Source: a virus (lineage: Duplodnaviria; Caudoviricetes). Taken from it: a stretch of DNA of 64,000 nucleotides. The notes beneath the pieces are model-generated. The model saw nothing but the letters and a program-made list of their open reading frames with translations. It ran no database searches and was not told where the DNA came from. The stretch spans positions 2,004 to 66,003 of IMG/VR virus record IMGVR_UViG_3300046517_000890; one strand, given 5' to 3'. Below are positions 27,513 through 37,205 of this stretch, piece after piece. A program made the translations under genes and the position numbers. Position 1 is the first letter of the stretch, and each line of letters begins with the position of its first letter.

Positions 27513-27660
27513 GAAGCTCCCCGCAGCGAAAGCCGGCAAGGCCGCGGCGATCGCGAACGCCATCCTGGCGCGCGGGGGTGACGAAGGCACGGCCATTGCC
27601 ACCGGGATCGCCCGGGCGAAGGGCATGAACCACTCCAAGCACGGCCTGGAGCCCAAATAA
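27472..27660 (+). CDS. Small conserved protein (MPWT...KAAAIANAIL...AIA type)
   Basis: Motif recalls YdaT/DUF2188-associated proteins. Confidence 0.65.
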   Translation: MPWTPEEFKRKHAKKLPAAKAGKAAAIANAILARGGDEGTAIATGIARAKGMNHSKHGLEPK

Positions 27661-27687
27661 CTGGCGTTCGCGCCAGGGAAGGAGCAC

Positions 27688-28236
27688 GTGAAATCCACAT
27701 TCCTGCTGGAAGCCTGGATCGATGGCGGCAATTCCGCCGGCCTGTACTGGGAGGGAGTCGGCAACCACACCGTGACGCGCTATCCCCTGGACGCGCTCCG
27801 CGTGGATCAGAAGGACGTGGCCGAGCAGCTCGCCCAGCTCCTGAACAAGTTCGAGCCCTGCATCATCCACGGAGTTAAGGGGCGATGGCTGGCCGTGAAT
27901 CACGGCTTCATCGAAGACGACGAGGCGGCCACCGAGGAGCACGTGCCGTACCTCTCCGAGGATCAGATCGTCGAGGCCGAGCTGAAGCGACTCCGCCCGG
28001 ACGACGTGAAGTACCTGCGGGTGGCCGGCGAGAACGGCGACCTGGCCAGGCTGCACATGCACTACGGCCTGTGGCTGCGCAACACCTACAACCTGTGGCA
28101 CCAGGAGAACCCGCACACGATGCTCGGGTACGCGCCCGAACTGCGCGATGGCGCCGACTGCAATCCGCGGCACCCGGACAACATGAGCGGCCGGATCATC
28201 GAGAAGCTGTACCAGAGGGTCAAGGCGACCCAGTGA
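27688..28236 (+). CDS. DUF6794-like protein
   Basis: LHMHYGLWLRNTYNLW...HPDNMSGRIIEKL. Confidence 0.7.
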   Translation: MKSTFLLEAWIDGGNSAGLYWEGVGNHTVTRYPLDALRVDQKDVAEQLAQLLNKFEPCIIHGVKGRWLAVNHGFIEDDEAATEEHVPYLSEDQIVEAELKRLRPDDVKYLRVAGENGDLARLHMHYGLWLRNTYNLWHQENPHTMLGYAPELRDGADCNPRHPDNMSGRIIEKLYQRVKATQ

Positions 28237-28246
28237 AGGAGGTGTA

Positions 28247-28492
28247 GTGGGAACTTTCAAGATCGAGATCGAGGCCGTAGGCGGCCACGGTTGCCAGCGT
28301 GAAATCAAGAGCGGCGCCGAAGTCCCGGGCTGCGGGCACGAAGCCTGCCCCGACTGCGCCGCACGGCGGTTCGTGATGGAGCTGAAGCGTAAGGGAAACT
28401 CCCTCGTCTCTGCGAAGCTCACGCACTGGCCAGGCGACCCGAGTTCCGTGCAGGACGACCTCCTGTCAGGCATTCGGAGGGGGAGCTTCTGA
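28247..28492 (+). CDS. Hypothetical Zn-binding protein
   Basis: GGHGCQR, CGHEACPDC; AAGGAGG RBS. Confidence 0.7.
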   Translation: MGTFKIEIEAVGGHGCQREIKSGAEVPGCGHEACPDCAARRFVMELKRKGNSLVSAKLTHWPGDPSSVQDDLLSGIRRGSF

Positions 28493-28758
28493 TGGGCATT
28501 CCGTACTCGACCATCGCCAAGCTGATCCAGTCGCTCCAGAAGACCGGCGCTTACCGCGCCACCGCATTCGCGAGCCCGAGCAAGACCGTAAAGGTCACCC
28601 GGGTCGGCACGCTGGATCGCAGGGAGCGCAACACCTACCTGCGCGTCACCATCGGCCGCCCCAACTACGCGGAGCGCAAGTTCATCAAGGCGTGCCAGAA
28701 GGCCGGCGAGCCGTTCCCGGTGCGCAAGGTGCAGCTCTCCTATCCCGGAGCTGCGTGA
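28492..28758 (+). CDS. Hypothetical protein
   Basis: Coupled ORF; GRPNYAERKF. Confidence 0.7.
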   Translation: MGIPYSTIAKLIQSLQKTGAYRATAFASPSKTVKVTRVGTLDRRERNTYLRVTIGRPNYAERKFIKACQKAGEPFPVRKVQLSYPGAA

Positions 28759-29030
28759 TGGTCGTATCGATCCCGAATCAGCCGGCGCGCATGACGCCGG
28801 AGCAGTTCTGCTACTGGCTGCACGGATACTTCGAGATTGCTTTCATGCAGTTGCAGGCGCCGAAGCTGGACGACTTACAGGTGCAGGTGATAAGGCGCCA
28901 TCTCGATCTCGTGTTCTCGCAGGCGCCGCAGCAGAGCTTCGCTCTTCCGCAGCCCTTTGTCGATCGAGTGACGGGTGCGGGGGTGGCGGACAACATGCCC
29001 TGGCACAAGCGGGAAGTCTTCGTCTGCTGA
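28758..29030 (+). CDS. Hypothetical phage protein
   Basis: MTPEQFCYWLHGYFE...IRRHLDLVF. Confidence 0.7.
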   Translation: MVVSIPNQPARMTPEQFCYWLHGYFEIAFMQLQAPKLDDLQVQVIRRHLDLVFSQAPQQSFALPQPFVDRVTGAGVADNMPWHKREVFVC

Positions 29031-29031
29031 C

Positions 29032-29466
29032 GTGATCGTCCTAGAGGAACGGCCTCCGCTCTACGCGGAGATCGACATGAGGTTCCACGTGGCACATCGC
29101 CGCGGCGTGCTCTACACCTTCGGGGACACGATCTACAACCCGGACGGCGTGGACATCCCACAGCCGCTCATGGAGCACGAGGAGGTTCATAGTCTCAGGC
29201 AAATCGCCTACCCGGGGATCGCGGGTCACTATGACGGCGCCGCGGGAGTCGAAGGCTGGTGGTTCCGCTACCTGGACTCCGACGCCTTCAGGCTCGCCGA
29301 GGAGCTGCCCGCGCACCGCGCCGAATACCGCGCCATCTGTCGCGAGGTAAAGGACAGGAACCAGAGAGACAAGTGGGCCCGCGTGATAGCCGGCCGCCTG
29401 TCCTCCAGCCTCTACGGTAAGGTCGTAGGGACGAATGATGCGCTCCGCATGGTGCGCGCCGCATGA
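29032..29466 (+). CDS. HExxH metallopeptidase-like protein
   Basis: TFGDTIYNP...HEEVHSLRQ...ELPAHRAEY. Confidence 0.7.
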   Translation: MIVLEERPPLYAEIDMRFHVAHRRGVLYTFGDTIYNPDGVDIPQPLMEHEEVHSLRQIAYPGIAGHYDGAAGVEGWWFRYLDSDAFRLAEELPAHRAEYRAICREVKDRNQRDKWARVIAGRLSSSLYGKVVGTNDALRMVRAA

Positions 29467-29666
29467 AAATGGTCGAGGCGGACTCAGACGCCATCTCGCA
29501 CCACGGCTACGACCCCAAGACGCAAACGATGGCCCTGACGTTCCGCGGCGGCAAGACGTACCAGTACCCGAGAGTCCCGCAGGCCGTCTACGACGATCTG
29601 ACGAGCGCCAAGAGCATGGGCAAGCATTTCGCCCGGCACATCAGCGGGAAGTACAAGCCGGCATGA
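29463..29666 (+). CDS. KTSC domain protein
   Basis: SDAISHHGYDP, F.GG..YQY..VP, A.SMGKHF..HI. Confidence 0.9.
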   Translation: MKMVEADSDAISHHGYDPKTQTMALTFRGGKTYQYPRVPQAVYDDLTSAKSMGKHFARHISGKYKPA

Positions 29667-30325
29667 TCGGGATGCTCAAGAACGCGAAGCACGAGCGCTT
29701 CGCACAAGGGCTCGCCGAAGGGAAGAGCCAGGCTCAAGCGTACACAGATGCTGGGTACAAAGCCAAGCAAGCGAACGCTGAAGCCTCCAGACTTATACAG
29801 CATGTCCCCGATATTACACAGCGTCGGGACGAGATTCTCCAGGCGCGTCGCCTAGATGCTGACAGCTCAAGGCGTTACGCCGTACAGCAAGCTGGATACG
29901 ACAAGGCGCGGATTCTCACGACGCTCGCCGAGATCGTGGACCGGAGCATGCAGTACGCCCCGGTGACAGACGAGAAGGGCGGCCAGGTCTTCGTGCCGGC
30001 GCCCGAAGGCATGACGACGAAGGACGGTCAGCCGGTGCTCTTGTGCGCCGCCTACACGTTCGACGCCAAGGCCGCGACCGCGGCGCTGAAGCTCCTCGGG
30101 ATCGAGGAGGGCATGTTCATCCCAAGAGAGGAGAGGCGCCCGAGCCCGCTCGATGGCCTGCCTGCCGATGTGCTGCAAGCGATTGCCCAGAAGCTACGCT
30201 TGCCCGCTCCGGCCGGATACCGCCTCGACTTGCCCCGGGAGCCTGTGACGATTGATGGAACACGATCTGACGTGGCTGGACCATCTAAGCCCGGAACATC
30301 GGGCGCTGGTCCTAGCACAGACTGA
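29663..30325 (+). CDS. terS: Terminase small subunit
   Basis: KHERFAQGLAEG.SQAQAY..AGY HTH, ALKLLG; precedes TerL. Confidence 0.85.
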   Translation: MIGMLKNAKHERFAQGLAEGKSQAQAYTDAGYKAKQANAEASRLIQHVPDITQRRDEILQARRLDADSSRRYAVQQAGYDKARILTTLAEIVDRSMQYAPVTDEKGGQVFVPAPEGMTTKDGQPVLLCAAYTFDAKAATAALKLLGIEEGMFIPREERRPSPLDGLPADVLQAIAQKLRLPAPAGYRLDLPREPVTIDGTRSDVAGPSKPGTSGAGPSTD

Positions 30326-31730
30326 GCAGGCGCTCACCTATAAGCGGCTGGAGCTGTACGCGCCGTACACGAAGCAGAAGCTCTTCCACGAGGCAGGCCT
30401 CTCGTACCGCGAGCGCCTGCTCATGGCCGCCAACCAGTTCGGTAAGACGTGGGCCGGAGGAGCAGAGGACGCCCTCCACGCGACCGGCCGATACCCGCAC
30501 TGGTGGCGAGGCCGCATCTTCAACAAGCCCACGGTGGGATGGGTAGCAGGGATCACCGGGGAGAAGACGCGAGACGGCGCGCAGCGCGTGCTGATGGGAC
30601 GCCCGAATGCCATCGGCACCGGGATGTTCCCGAAGGACGCGATCAAGGACTACTCGAAGAAGCGCGGCAATGCCGACGCGATCGACACCGTCGTGATCCG
30701 TCATGGCGGCGGCGCAGATGTGCAGATGGGCGAGTCCATCCGCACGTTCAAGAGCTACGACCAGGGCGAGCAGAGCTTTACGGTCGAGACGCTCGACACG
30801 GTGTGGCTGGACGAAGAGCCGCCCATCAAGGTCTACACGGAAGCGCTGACGCGCACGAACACGACGAACGGCCTGCTGTGGATGACGTTCACGCCACTGC
30901 TGGGCATGAGCGGCGTCGTCACCCGCTTCCTGCTCGTGGACCCGTCGGACCCGGCGCGGCATGACCGCAACGTCACCTCGGCCACGATCGAGGACGCAGA
31001 GCACTACACGGCCGAGCAGCGCGCTCGCATCATCGCGAGCTACCCGGAGCATGAGGTCGAGGCCCGCACCAAGGGCATCCCGATCATGGGCTCGGGGCGC
31101 GTATTCACCGTCGCTGAGTCGCGCATCAAGTGCCCGGCGATCATCATCCCGTCGCACTGGCCGCGCATCGCCGCGATCGACTTCGGCCTGGAGCACCCGA
31201 CGGCCGTGGTGTGGATGGCGTGGGATCGAGACGCAGACGTGATCTACGTCTACGACTGCTACCGCGTGCGCAAGGAGCCGTCGATAGCGATTCACGCCTC
31301 GGCGATCAATGCGCGCGGCAAGTGGATACCGATGGCCTGGCCGCACGACGGCAACAACGACACGGCGCAGGGCCCGCAGCTCGCGAAGCAGTACCGCGAC
31401 CACGAAGTGAACATGCGGATCGAGAACGCGAAGTTCGGCGAGACCACAGACGACTCGTCGGTGGACACCCGCCAATCTCGCACCTCAGTCGAGGCCGGCT
31501 TGCAGTACCTGAACAACCGCATGCTCACCTCTCGCTTCAAGGTGTTCGAGCACCTGAACGACTGGTTCGAGGAGTACCGCCTCTATCACCGCAAGGACGG
31601 CAAGGTGGTGAAGGAGCTGGACGACCTGATGAGCGCCACGCGGTACGCCGCGATGGACCTGCGCTACGCAATCACGAAACCTGCTGGGGGCAAGGTCGAT
31701 CACGGCCGCGCCGCCAACTGGCGACTCTGA
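30255..31730 (+). CDS. terL: Terminase large subunit (P22-like)
   Basis: AANQFGKT Walker A, WLDEEPP Walker B, TFTP, IDFG, DDLMSATRYA. Confidence 0.95.
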   Translation: MEHDLTWLDHLSPEHRALVLAQTEQALTYKRLELYAPYTKQKLFHEAGLSYRERLLMAANQFGKTWAGGAEDALHATGRYPHWWRGRIFNKPTVGWVAGITGEKTRDGAQRVLMGRPNAIGTGMFPKDAIKDYSKKRGNADAIDTVVIRHGGGADVQMGESIRTFKSYDQGEQSFTVETLDTVWLDEEPPIKVYTEALTRTNTTNGLLWMTFTPLLGMSGVVTRFLLVDPSDPARHDRNVTSATIEDAEHYTAEQRARIIASYPEHEVEARTKGIPIMGSGRVFTVAESRIKCPAIIIPSHWPRIAAIDFGLEHPTAVVWMAWDRDADVIYVYDCYRVRKEPSIAIHASAINARGKWIPMAWPHDGNNDTAQGPQLAKQYRDHEVNMRIENAKFGETTDDSSVDTRQSRTSVEAGLQYLNNRMLTSRFKVFEHLNDWFEEYRLYHRKDGKVVKELDDLMSATRYAAMDLRYAITKPAGGKVDHGRAANWRL

Positions 31731-31762
31731 GCAACACCGATCAACGAAACTAGGAATCCCCA

Positions 31763-32089
31763 ATGCCTGCTCCCAAAATTTCCGACTACGTCGGCACGCC
31801 CGGCACTCCGTGCGCGTCCACCGCCGTCACCTCCGAGGACAACGGCGACCTCGGCCAAGGTGTGTTCAGCTCGAAACTCCCCGACCCGATCTCGGGCCGC
31901 GAGAACGAGTACGGCGGCGGCGGCGACTCCGGCAGTGTGCAGCCGCTGGACAACAACAACACGACTCTCGACCTGCGTCCCGGCGGTGCCGGCGGCGTGA
32001 TGGACAACGAGCGCGACGTGACCGCCACCACGAGCGAAGAGCCCAACCCCGTCAACTTCACGTCCAAGCTGCCCGACGCGAGCCGGTGA
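31763..32089 (+). CDS. Acidic disordered protein
   Basis: F(S/T)SKLPD motif twice; AGGA RBS. Confidence 0.65.
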   Translation: MPAPKISDYVGTPGTPCASTAVTSEDNGDLGQGVFSSKLPDPISGRENEYGGGGDSGSVQPLDNNNTTLDLRPGGAGGVMDNERDVTATTSEEPNPVNFTSKLPDASR

Positions 32090-32198
32090 GCGCGAAGCGC
32101 ATCGAGGACAAGAAGAAGCCGGGATGGCCGTGGACCGCACGGCAGCGCCGGCAGAAGCTCGGAGGCCGTCAGGCGCGCAAGCGCACGCGGCACGGCAC

Positions 32199-32462
32199 AT
32201 GAGCCGCAAGGTCGAGCCGCTGCAACCCAAGCCCCACGTGGCCAACTGCGTGGGCTTCGAGTGTCCCGAGCGCGACTCGTGCCTGCGCTACCTGCGCCCG
32301 GCCTGGCGCGCGGGCAAGGACAAGGACGGCAAGCTCATCGTGCAGACGTGGGCGAGCTACGACATCGAGCGCAAGCGCTTCAAGACGTGCGAGGCGAAGA
32401 TCGTCCTGCATGGCGCCGTCAACACGGCGATGGGGCGCGCGTTCGTGAGGGCCACTGCATGA
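32199..32462 (+). CDS. Hypothetical protein
   Basis: C.GFECPERDSCLRY motif. Confidence 0.6.
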   Translation: MSRKVEPLQPKPHVANCVGFECPERDSCLRYLRPAWRAGKDKDGKLIVQTWASYDIERKRFKTCEAKIVLHGAVNTAMGRAFVRATA

Positions 32463-32659
32463 CTCAGTATCGCGTCTTTCAGCAGCTCGCGCCCGTGCAG
32501 ACCAGCAGGGAGCCCGAGGAGTGGGAGAGTCGCCTGAGAGAGGTCGGAATGGTGACGGCGGACTGCGGAAATTCCGCCATCGACAGGGCAAGGGAACTAA
32601 CTGCCATTCGGACTGGTCGCGGGCTCGGGCGCTACCCGATCGTTGCGCCAATCCAGTAA
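32459..32659 (+). CDS. Hypothetical protein
   Basis: ATGA-coupled. Confidence 0.45.
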   Translation: MTQYRVFQQLAPVQTSREPEEWESRLREVGMVTADCGNSAIDRARELTAIRTGRGLGRYPIVAPIQ

Positions 32660-32686
32660 GGTTTTCCCTACATTTCAGTTTCCTCG

Positions 32687-32702
32687 CAACTACAAGTAGT
32701 TG
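32687..32702. promoter_or_regulatory. Palindrome CAACTAC-AA-GTAGTTG upstream of head genes
   Basis: Perfect 7-bp arms in AT-richer intergenic gap. Confidence 0.4.
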
Positions 32703-32749
32703 GCACAACGACTGCATGTGGTGGATTAGCTTCAACAGGAGCACGGCAA

Positions 32750-32953
32750 ATGTCGCAGAGCAACACCCGGATAGTCGTGATCGACACGAAGTCGATGAAG
32801 GCCAAGCGGTACGTGGGCCGAACGCACACGAACACCGCGGAGTTGCTGGAGTGCGACAACCGCTCAGCTCTGGAGAAGGTCATCGAGGTGTTCCGCGTCA
32901 ATCCACGCGCCGCATACGCGCAGTGGGGCGATGGCGATCCCCAGGTGGCGTAG
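32750..32953 (+). CDS. Hypothetical protein
   Basis: AGGAG RBS. Confidence 0.65.
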   Translation: MSQSNTRIVVIDTKSMKAKRYVGRTHTNTAELLECDNRSALEKVIEVFRVNPRAAYAQWGDGDPQVA

Positions 32954-35281
32954 TTGTACGACACCTCGGTGTCCCAGGTCGTAGACGGCCTGGCATCGCA
33001 GGAGAAGGGTGGACAGGTCAACGCGGGCGCACTCACGCCTCGCGAGTTCCTCGGGTTCGCCTACGACATCCAGCACCAGCCGGCCTGGCGCGTCGAGGCG
33101 GACAAGTGCGTCGATTACTACGACAACAACCAGCTCGACCTCGCGACGCTGCAAGCGCTCCAGGCCAAGGGCATGGGTCCGCTCATCAACAACCTCATCG
33201 CGCCGATCATCAACGTGGTGCTCGGGATGGAGGCGAAGACGCGCTCCGACTGGCGCGTCACGGCCGACGACGACGCGGTGACCGAGGTGGCCGAGGCCCT
33301 ATCGGCGAAGCTCTTCGAGGTGGAGCGCGAGTCGCACGCTGACCGCGCGTGCTCGGACGCCTATGGTGGCCAGATCAAGGCGGGCCTCGGGTGGGTCGAG
33401 GTCTCGCGCGAGCGCAACCCGTTCGAGTACCCGTACCGCGTGGGCACCGTGCATCGCCGGGAAATCTTCTGGGACTGGCGCGACCTCTCGTACAACCTGA
33501 AGAAGTCGCGCTACCTCGTGCGCAAGCGCTGGTACGACCTCGACCAGGCGAAGGCCTTCTTCCCGGCGTCCGCATCGTTTCTCGAAGCGTACCGCGGCGA
33601 CAGCATGCGCACGTACCTGGAGACGATTCACCAGGGCCTGGAGCTGGCGTACTCGCTCGAACAACTCCGCATGCTCGACATGGCGGACTACGAGCAGTTC
33701 CGCTCCTGGGATCGCGAGCGCATCTGCCTGTACGAGGTGTGGTACCGCCGCTGGATTCGCGGCTACGTGCTGCGCCTGCCGACGGGCGACGTGATAGAGC
33801 TGAACATGAAGAACCCGCTGCATGTCGCGCTACTCGCGCGTGGTGTGGCGAAGCCCGAGGCGGCGGTCTACGCGAAGATGCGCATGGGTATCTGGGCCGG
33901 CCCGATCCGCCTGATGGACGTGGACTGCGGCACCTCCGACTTTCCCTACGTGCCCTTCTGGGGCTACCGCGAGGATCGCACGGGCGTGCCCTACGGCCTC
34001 GTGCGCCTGATGCTCTCGCCGCAGGACGAGGTCAACGCGCGCCGGCAGAAGATGATGTGGCTGATGTCGTCCAAGCGCGTAATCATGGACGCTGACGCCC
34101 TGGACCAGGACTCGAACGACACGCAGGCGATGCTCGATGAGATCGCGCGGCCAGATGCCGTCGTGGTGCTCAATCCGAACCGCATCAACAAGCAGGGCTC
34201 GTTCGCGGTGGACTCGAACCAGTCGCTCTCGAAGGACCAGTTCGAGGTGATGAAGGACGCGGAGCAGGGCATCCAGCGTGTCGTCGGCGTCTTCAACTCG
34301 ATGCTGGGAGACCGGCAGTCGGGCGCGGACTCGGGCATCGCGATCAACTCTCTCGTCGAGCAGGGCACCACGGGCCTGGCGGAGATCAACGACAACTACC
34401 GCTTCGCGCGGCGCCTGGTGGGCGAGCGCATTCTCGATCTGCTGCGCCCGGACATGATCGGGCAGCCTGTGCAGGTGATGGTCGGCGAGACCGGCCGGCA
34501 GCGCACGATCTCGCTCAACAAGCCCGGGCAGCATCCGCAGAATCCGGGGCAGCAGATCGTCCTCAACGATGTGCAGAGCGCCAAGGTCAAGGTCGCGCTC
34601 GAAGACGTGCCCTCGACGCCGTCGTATCGTCAGCAGCAGCTCCAGATGCTGACCGAGGTGATGAAGGGCATGCCGCCGCAGCTCCAGGCCGCGATCGCCC
34701 CGTTCTACCTGGAGGCGACCGACCTGCGCCAGCGCCGCGAGATGGCGGACGCTGCCAGGCGAGCGATGGGCCAGCAAGTGCCCAGCACGCCCGAGGAAGA
34801 GCAGCAGATGGAGCAGGAAGCCCAGCAAGCGAAGGCCCAGCAGCAGGAGGCCATCCGCCTGGAGCTACTGGAGCGCGCCGCGAAGATCGAGCAGCTCCAG
34901 GCCCAGGCCGCCAAGTTCCGCGCCGACGCGATGGCGCAGCCGGGCGACATGGACGACCAGGAGAAGCAGGAGCTGGAGCAGGAGATCGACCGCATCACGA
35001 AAGAGTCGCAGGGGCAGGTGGATCAGCAAGTCGCCCAGCGCCTCACCGATCGCAACATGGCTCAGATGCGCGAGCAGGCGCTGCGGCAGCGCGCCGCGAT
35101 GGACGCCCAGTCGCACAAGCAGCGGATGGCCGACCAGGATGCAGCTCACAGCCGCGCCCTCGAAGACATGAAGCGCAAGCACGCCGCCGAGAAGGACCAG
35201 ATGAAGAGCGGTTTCGCGGACAAGCTCTCTGCGGCTCGTGAAGCCGCCAGAGCGAAGAAGAAAGCGAAGGCAGCCAAGTGA
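32954..35281 (+). CDS. Portal protein (P22-like)
   Basis: DYYDNNQ, INNLIAPII..VLG.E, FPYVPFWG, PYGLVR....QDEVN, SGIAI; coiled C-terminal barrel; start uncertain. Confidence 0.92.
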   Translation: MYDTSVSQVVDGLASQEKGGQVNAGALTPREFLGFAYDIQHQPAWRVEADKCVDYYDNNQLDLATLQALQAKGMGPLINNLIAPIINVVLGMEAKTRSDWRVTADDDAVTEVAEALSAKLFEVERESHADRACSDAYGGQIKAGLGWVEVSRERNPFEYPYRVGTVHRREIFWDWRDLSYNLKKSRYLVRKRWYDLDQAKAFFPASASFLEAYRGDSMRTYLETIHQGLELAYSLEQLRMLDMADYEQFRSWDRERICLYEVWYRRWIRGYVLRLPTGDVIELNMKNPLHVALLARGVAKPEAAVYAKMRMGIWAGPIRLMDVDCGTSDFPYVPFWGYREDRTGVPYGLVRLMLSPQDEVNARRQKMMWLMSSKRVIMDADALDQDSNDTQAMLDEIARPDAVVVLNPNRINKQGSFAVDSNQSLSKDQFEVMKDAEQGIQRVVGVFNSMLGDRQSGADSGIAINSLVEQGTTGLAEINDNYRFARRLVGERILDLLRPDMIGQPVQVMVGETGRQRTISLNKPGQHPQNPGQQIVLNDVQSAKVKVALEDVPSTPSYRQQQLQMLTEVMKGMPPQLQAAIAPFYLEATDLRQRREMADAARRAMGQQVPSTPEEEQQMEQEAQQAKAQQQEAIRLELLERAAKIEQLQAQAAKFRADAMAQPGDMDDQEKQELEQEIDRITKESQGQVDQQVAQRLTDRNMAQMREQALRQRAAMDAQSHKQRMADQDAAHSRALEDMKRKHAAEKDQMKSGFADKLSAAREAARAKKKAKAAK

Positions 35282-35448
35282 GCGAAGAAGCCAGAGCACC
35301 CATCGAGTACAGCGTCGCGCAGCACGGCGACGGCTGGCGCTACGACATCCTGAACGGCCCGCTCGGGCTGTACGGGTTCAGACCGACGAAGCCCGCGGCG
35401 ATCGACGCCGGACGCGAGGACATGCGCCTCGCGAGACTATTTTCCTGA
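35278..35448 (+). CDS. Hypothetical protein
   Basis: GTGA-coupled MSEEARAPIEY. Confidence 0.45.
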   Translation: MSEEARAPIEYSVAQHGDGWRYDILNGPLGLYGFRPTKPAAIDAGREDMRLARLFS

Positions 35449-35458
35449 AGGACACGAC

Positions 35459-35638
35459 ATGGTCACAATCGAAGTGCGCTGCCTCACCAACGATGGCGGC
35501 ACAGTCACTCTGGGCTCGGGTTAGGTGATCCAGCTCGTCCCCAACGCGATCCAGACGTTCACCGACACGGTGTCGATCACGATCGCGGCGCCTGGCGGCG
35601 AGACCGCGGGCGAGGGACAGACGGCCCCCGTGCAGTGA
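35459..35638 (+). pseudogene. Small gene with in-frame TAG at 35522-35524
   Basis: MVTIEVRCLTNDGGTVTLGSG*VIQLVPNAIQTFTDTVSITIAAPGG...; AAGGA RBS; final stop coupled to next gene. Confidence 0.55.
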
Positions 35639-35772
35639 ACTGGGAGGAATTCCTCCACCGCGGTGACCTTCAGGGCGGCCTGATCTTTATCGTGATCCTC
35701 TTCGTCTTCCTGTGCGCCTTCGGGTACCTCGAAGACAAGTACCCGGATCACGATCCGAAGGACGACGAATAG
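35635..35772 (+). CDS. Small membrane protein
   Basis: GLIFIVILFVFLCAFGYL TM. Confidence 0.5.
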   Translation: MNWEEFLHRGDLQGGLIFIVILFVFLCAFGYLEDKYPDHDPKDDE

Positions 35773-35904
35773 ATTTTTCGCTCGCTCGCAGCGACACGCG
35801 AGACCCGCCGGAGGGCTCCGGCAAAAAACAGGATCGAGAGTGCCTGCTGAAGCACCTTGCGCCTGACAACGCAATTCCGAGCCGATAGAGGAAATCCAGC
35901 AAAC

Positions 35905-37083
35905 ATGTCCGACCAATCAGGCAGCACAGCAGCAGATGCAGGGCAAGACAATTTCGATCAACTCCTGGGTGACCAAGGGACCGACTTCCTGAAGATGGCA
36001 GAGATGCCGGAGGATGCGGCTACCGCATCGCTCACCCCAAAGGACGAAAGCGCAGAAGCGGCAGCCAAGGCTGCGGCAGAAGCTGCGACGAAAGCGGAAG
36101 CCGAGGCGAAAGCCAAGGTGGAGGCCGACGCCAAAGCTCAAGCCGCCGCGAAGGCAGCCGACGAGGCAGCGCGTGCCGCGGCGTCCGCCGGCAAGGAGCA
36201 GAAGGTCGATGGAGTCCTGGCGAAGGACGGCAAGCACGTACTCCCGTACTCGGTCCTACAGGCCGAGCGCGATGCGCGTGCAGCGCTGACCGGCCAGGTG
36301 AGGGAACTTACGGATGCCGTCACAAAGTTGCAGTCGGGCAAGTCCGCCGACACCACGCAGGCCAGTGCGTTAGCAGCGTCACTGCGCGAGAACCTGGAGG
36401 AGCTGAAGAGCGCGTCGCCCGAACTGGCCGATACGCTCAGCAAAGTCCTCACGGTCGTCGATGCGCAGGATGCGAAGCTGAAGGCGCTGGAGGCTCAAGG
36501 CCAGCGGTTCGATGCGCGCGAGCGCAACGAGCAGGCGGAGGCCCAGCGCGAGGTGCGTGCAGCGATCGACGGAAATCCGAAGCTGCTCTACAGCGAGCAG
36601 CATGACACCGCGACGTTCAACCGGCTTGCAGCGCAGGACGCCATCCTGCGTAATGACCCGGCGAACGCCGATCTCTCGTTCAGCGAGCGCTTCGACATGG
36701 CGATCAAGATGGTCGAGGCGGCGCACGGCGAGATCAAGGTGCCCGACGAGTTCCTTTCCAAGGAAGCGATTGCCCAGCGTGAGGCCCAAACGGCCGAAGC
36801 TGCTGCCAAGGTGAAAGCCGAAGCCGACGCGAAAGCGAAGGCCGAAGCGGAAGCCAAGGCGAAAGCCGGGTTGTCCGGCCAGGACGCAGAAGCACTTGCC
36901 AAAGCGGCGTTGGCGAAGGTGGCGAATACCTCGCTCACCCTCACCGACATCCCGGGCGGCAAGTCACCAACCACGGATGACAGTTCGGTCGTGAACAAGT
37001 CCGCTGACCAGCTCGCGCACGAGATCGGGACACTGATCGAGGGCGGGATGGACATGCAGACGATCGCGGCGCGCTTCATCTAA
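35905..37083 (+). CDS. Capsid scaffolding protein
   Basis: A/E/K-rich, KDGKHVLPYSVL, between portal and capsid. Confidence 0.85.
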   Translation: MSDQSGSTAADAGQDNFDQLLGDQGTDFLKMAEMPEDAATASLTPKDESAEAAAKAAAEAATKAEAEAKAKVEADAKAQAAAKAADEAARAAASAGKEQKVDGVLAKDGKHVLPYSVLQAERDARAALTGQVRELTDAVTKLQSGKSADTTQASALAASLRENLEELKSASPELADTLSKVLTVVDAQDAKLKALEAQGQRFDARERNEQAEAQREVRAAIDGNPKLLYSEQHDTATFNRLAAQDAILRNDPANADLSFSERFDMAIKMVEAAHGEIKVPDEFLSKEAIAQREAQTAEAAAKVKAEADAKAKAEAEAKAKAGLSGQDAEALAKAALAKVANTSLTLTDIPGGKSPTTDDSSVVNKSADQLAHEIGTLIEGGMDMQTIAARFI

Positions 37084-37205
37084 GCAGGTAGGTCCAAGGG
37101 CGCACGTCCGCCCACCCCTTGCGGAGTCCCCCAATAGCTGCGCGCTGCCTTCGGGCTGGCGCGGTGCTCAGGGTGTGACCAAATCAATTTCCACAAGGAA
37201 ACCTC

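Noticed and set aside
26770-28473. Long antisense ORFs (567 aa here; also 16634-17842, 30312-31475, 56336-57664 and others)
   Set aside because: Shadow ORFs typical of high-GC3 genes on the opposite strand; no motifs or RBS
35522-35524. Genome-wide TAG reassignment
   Set aside because: Single case; many genes terminate at TAG, followed closely by the next gene
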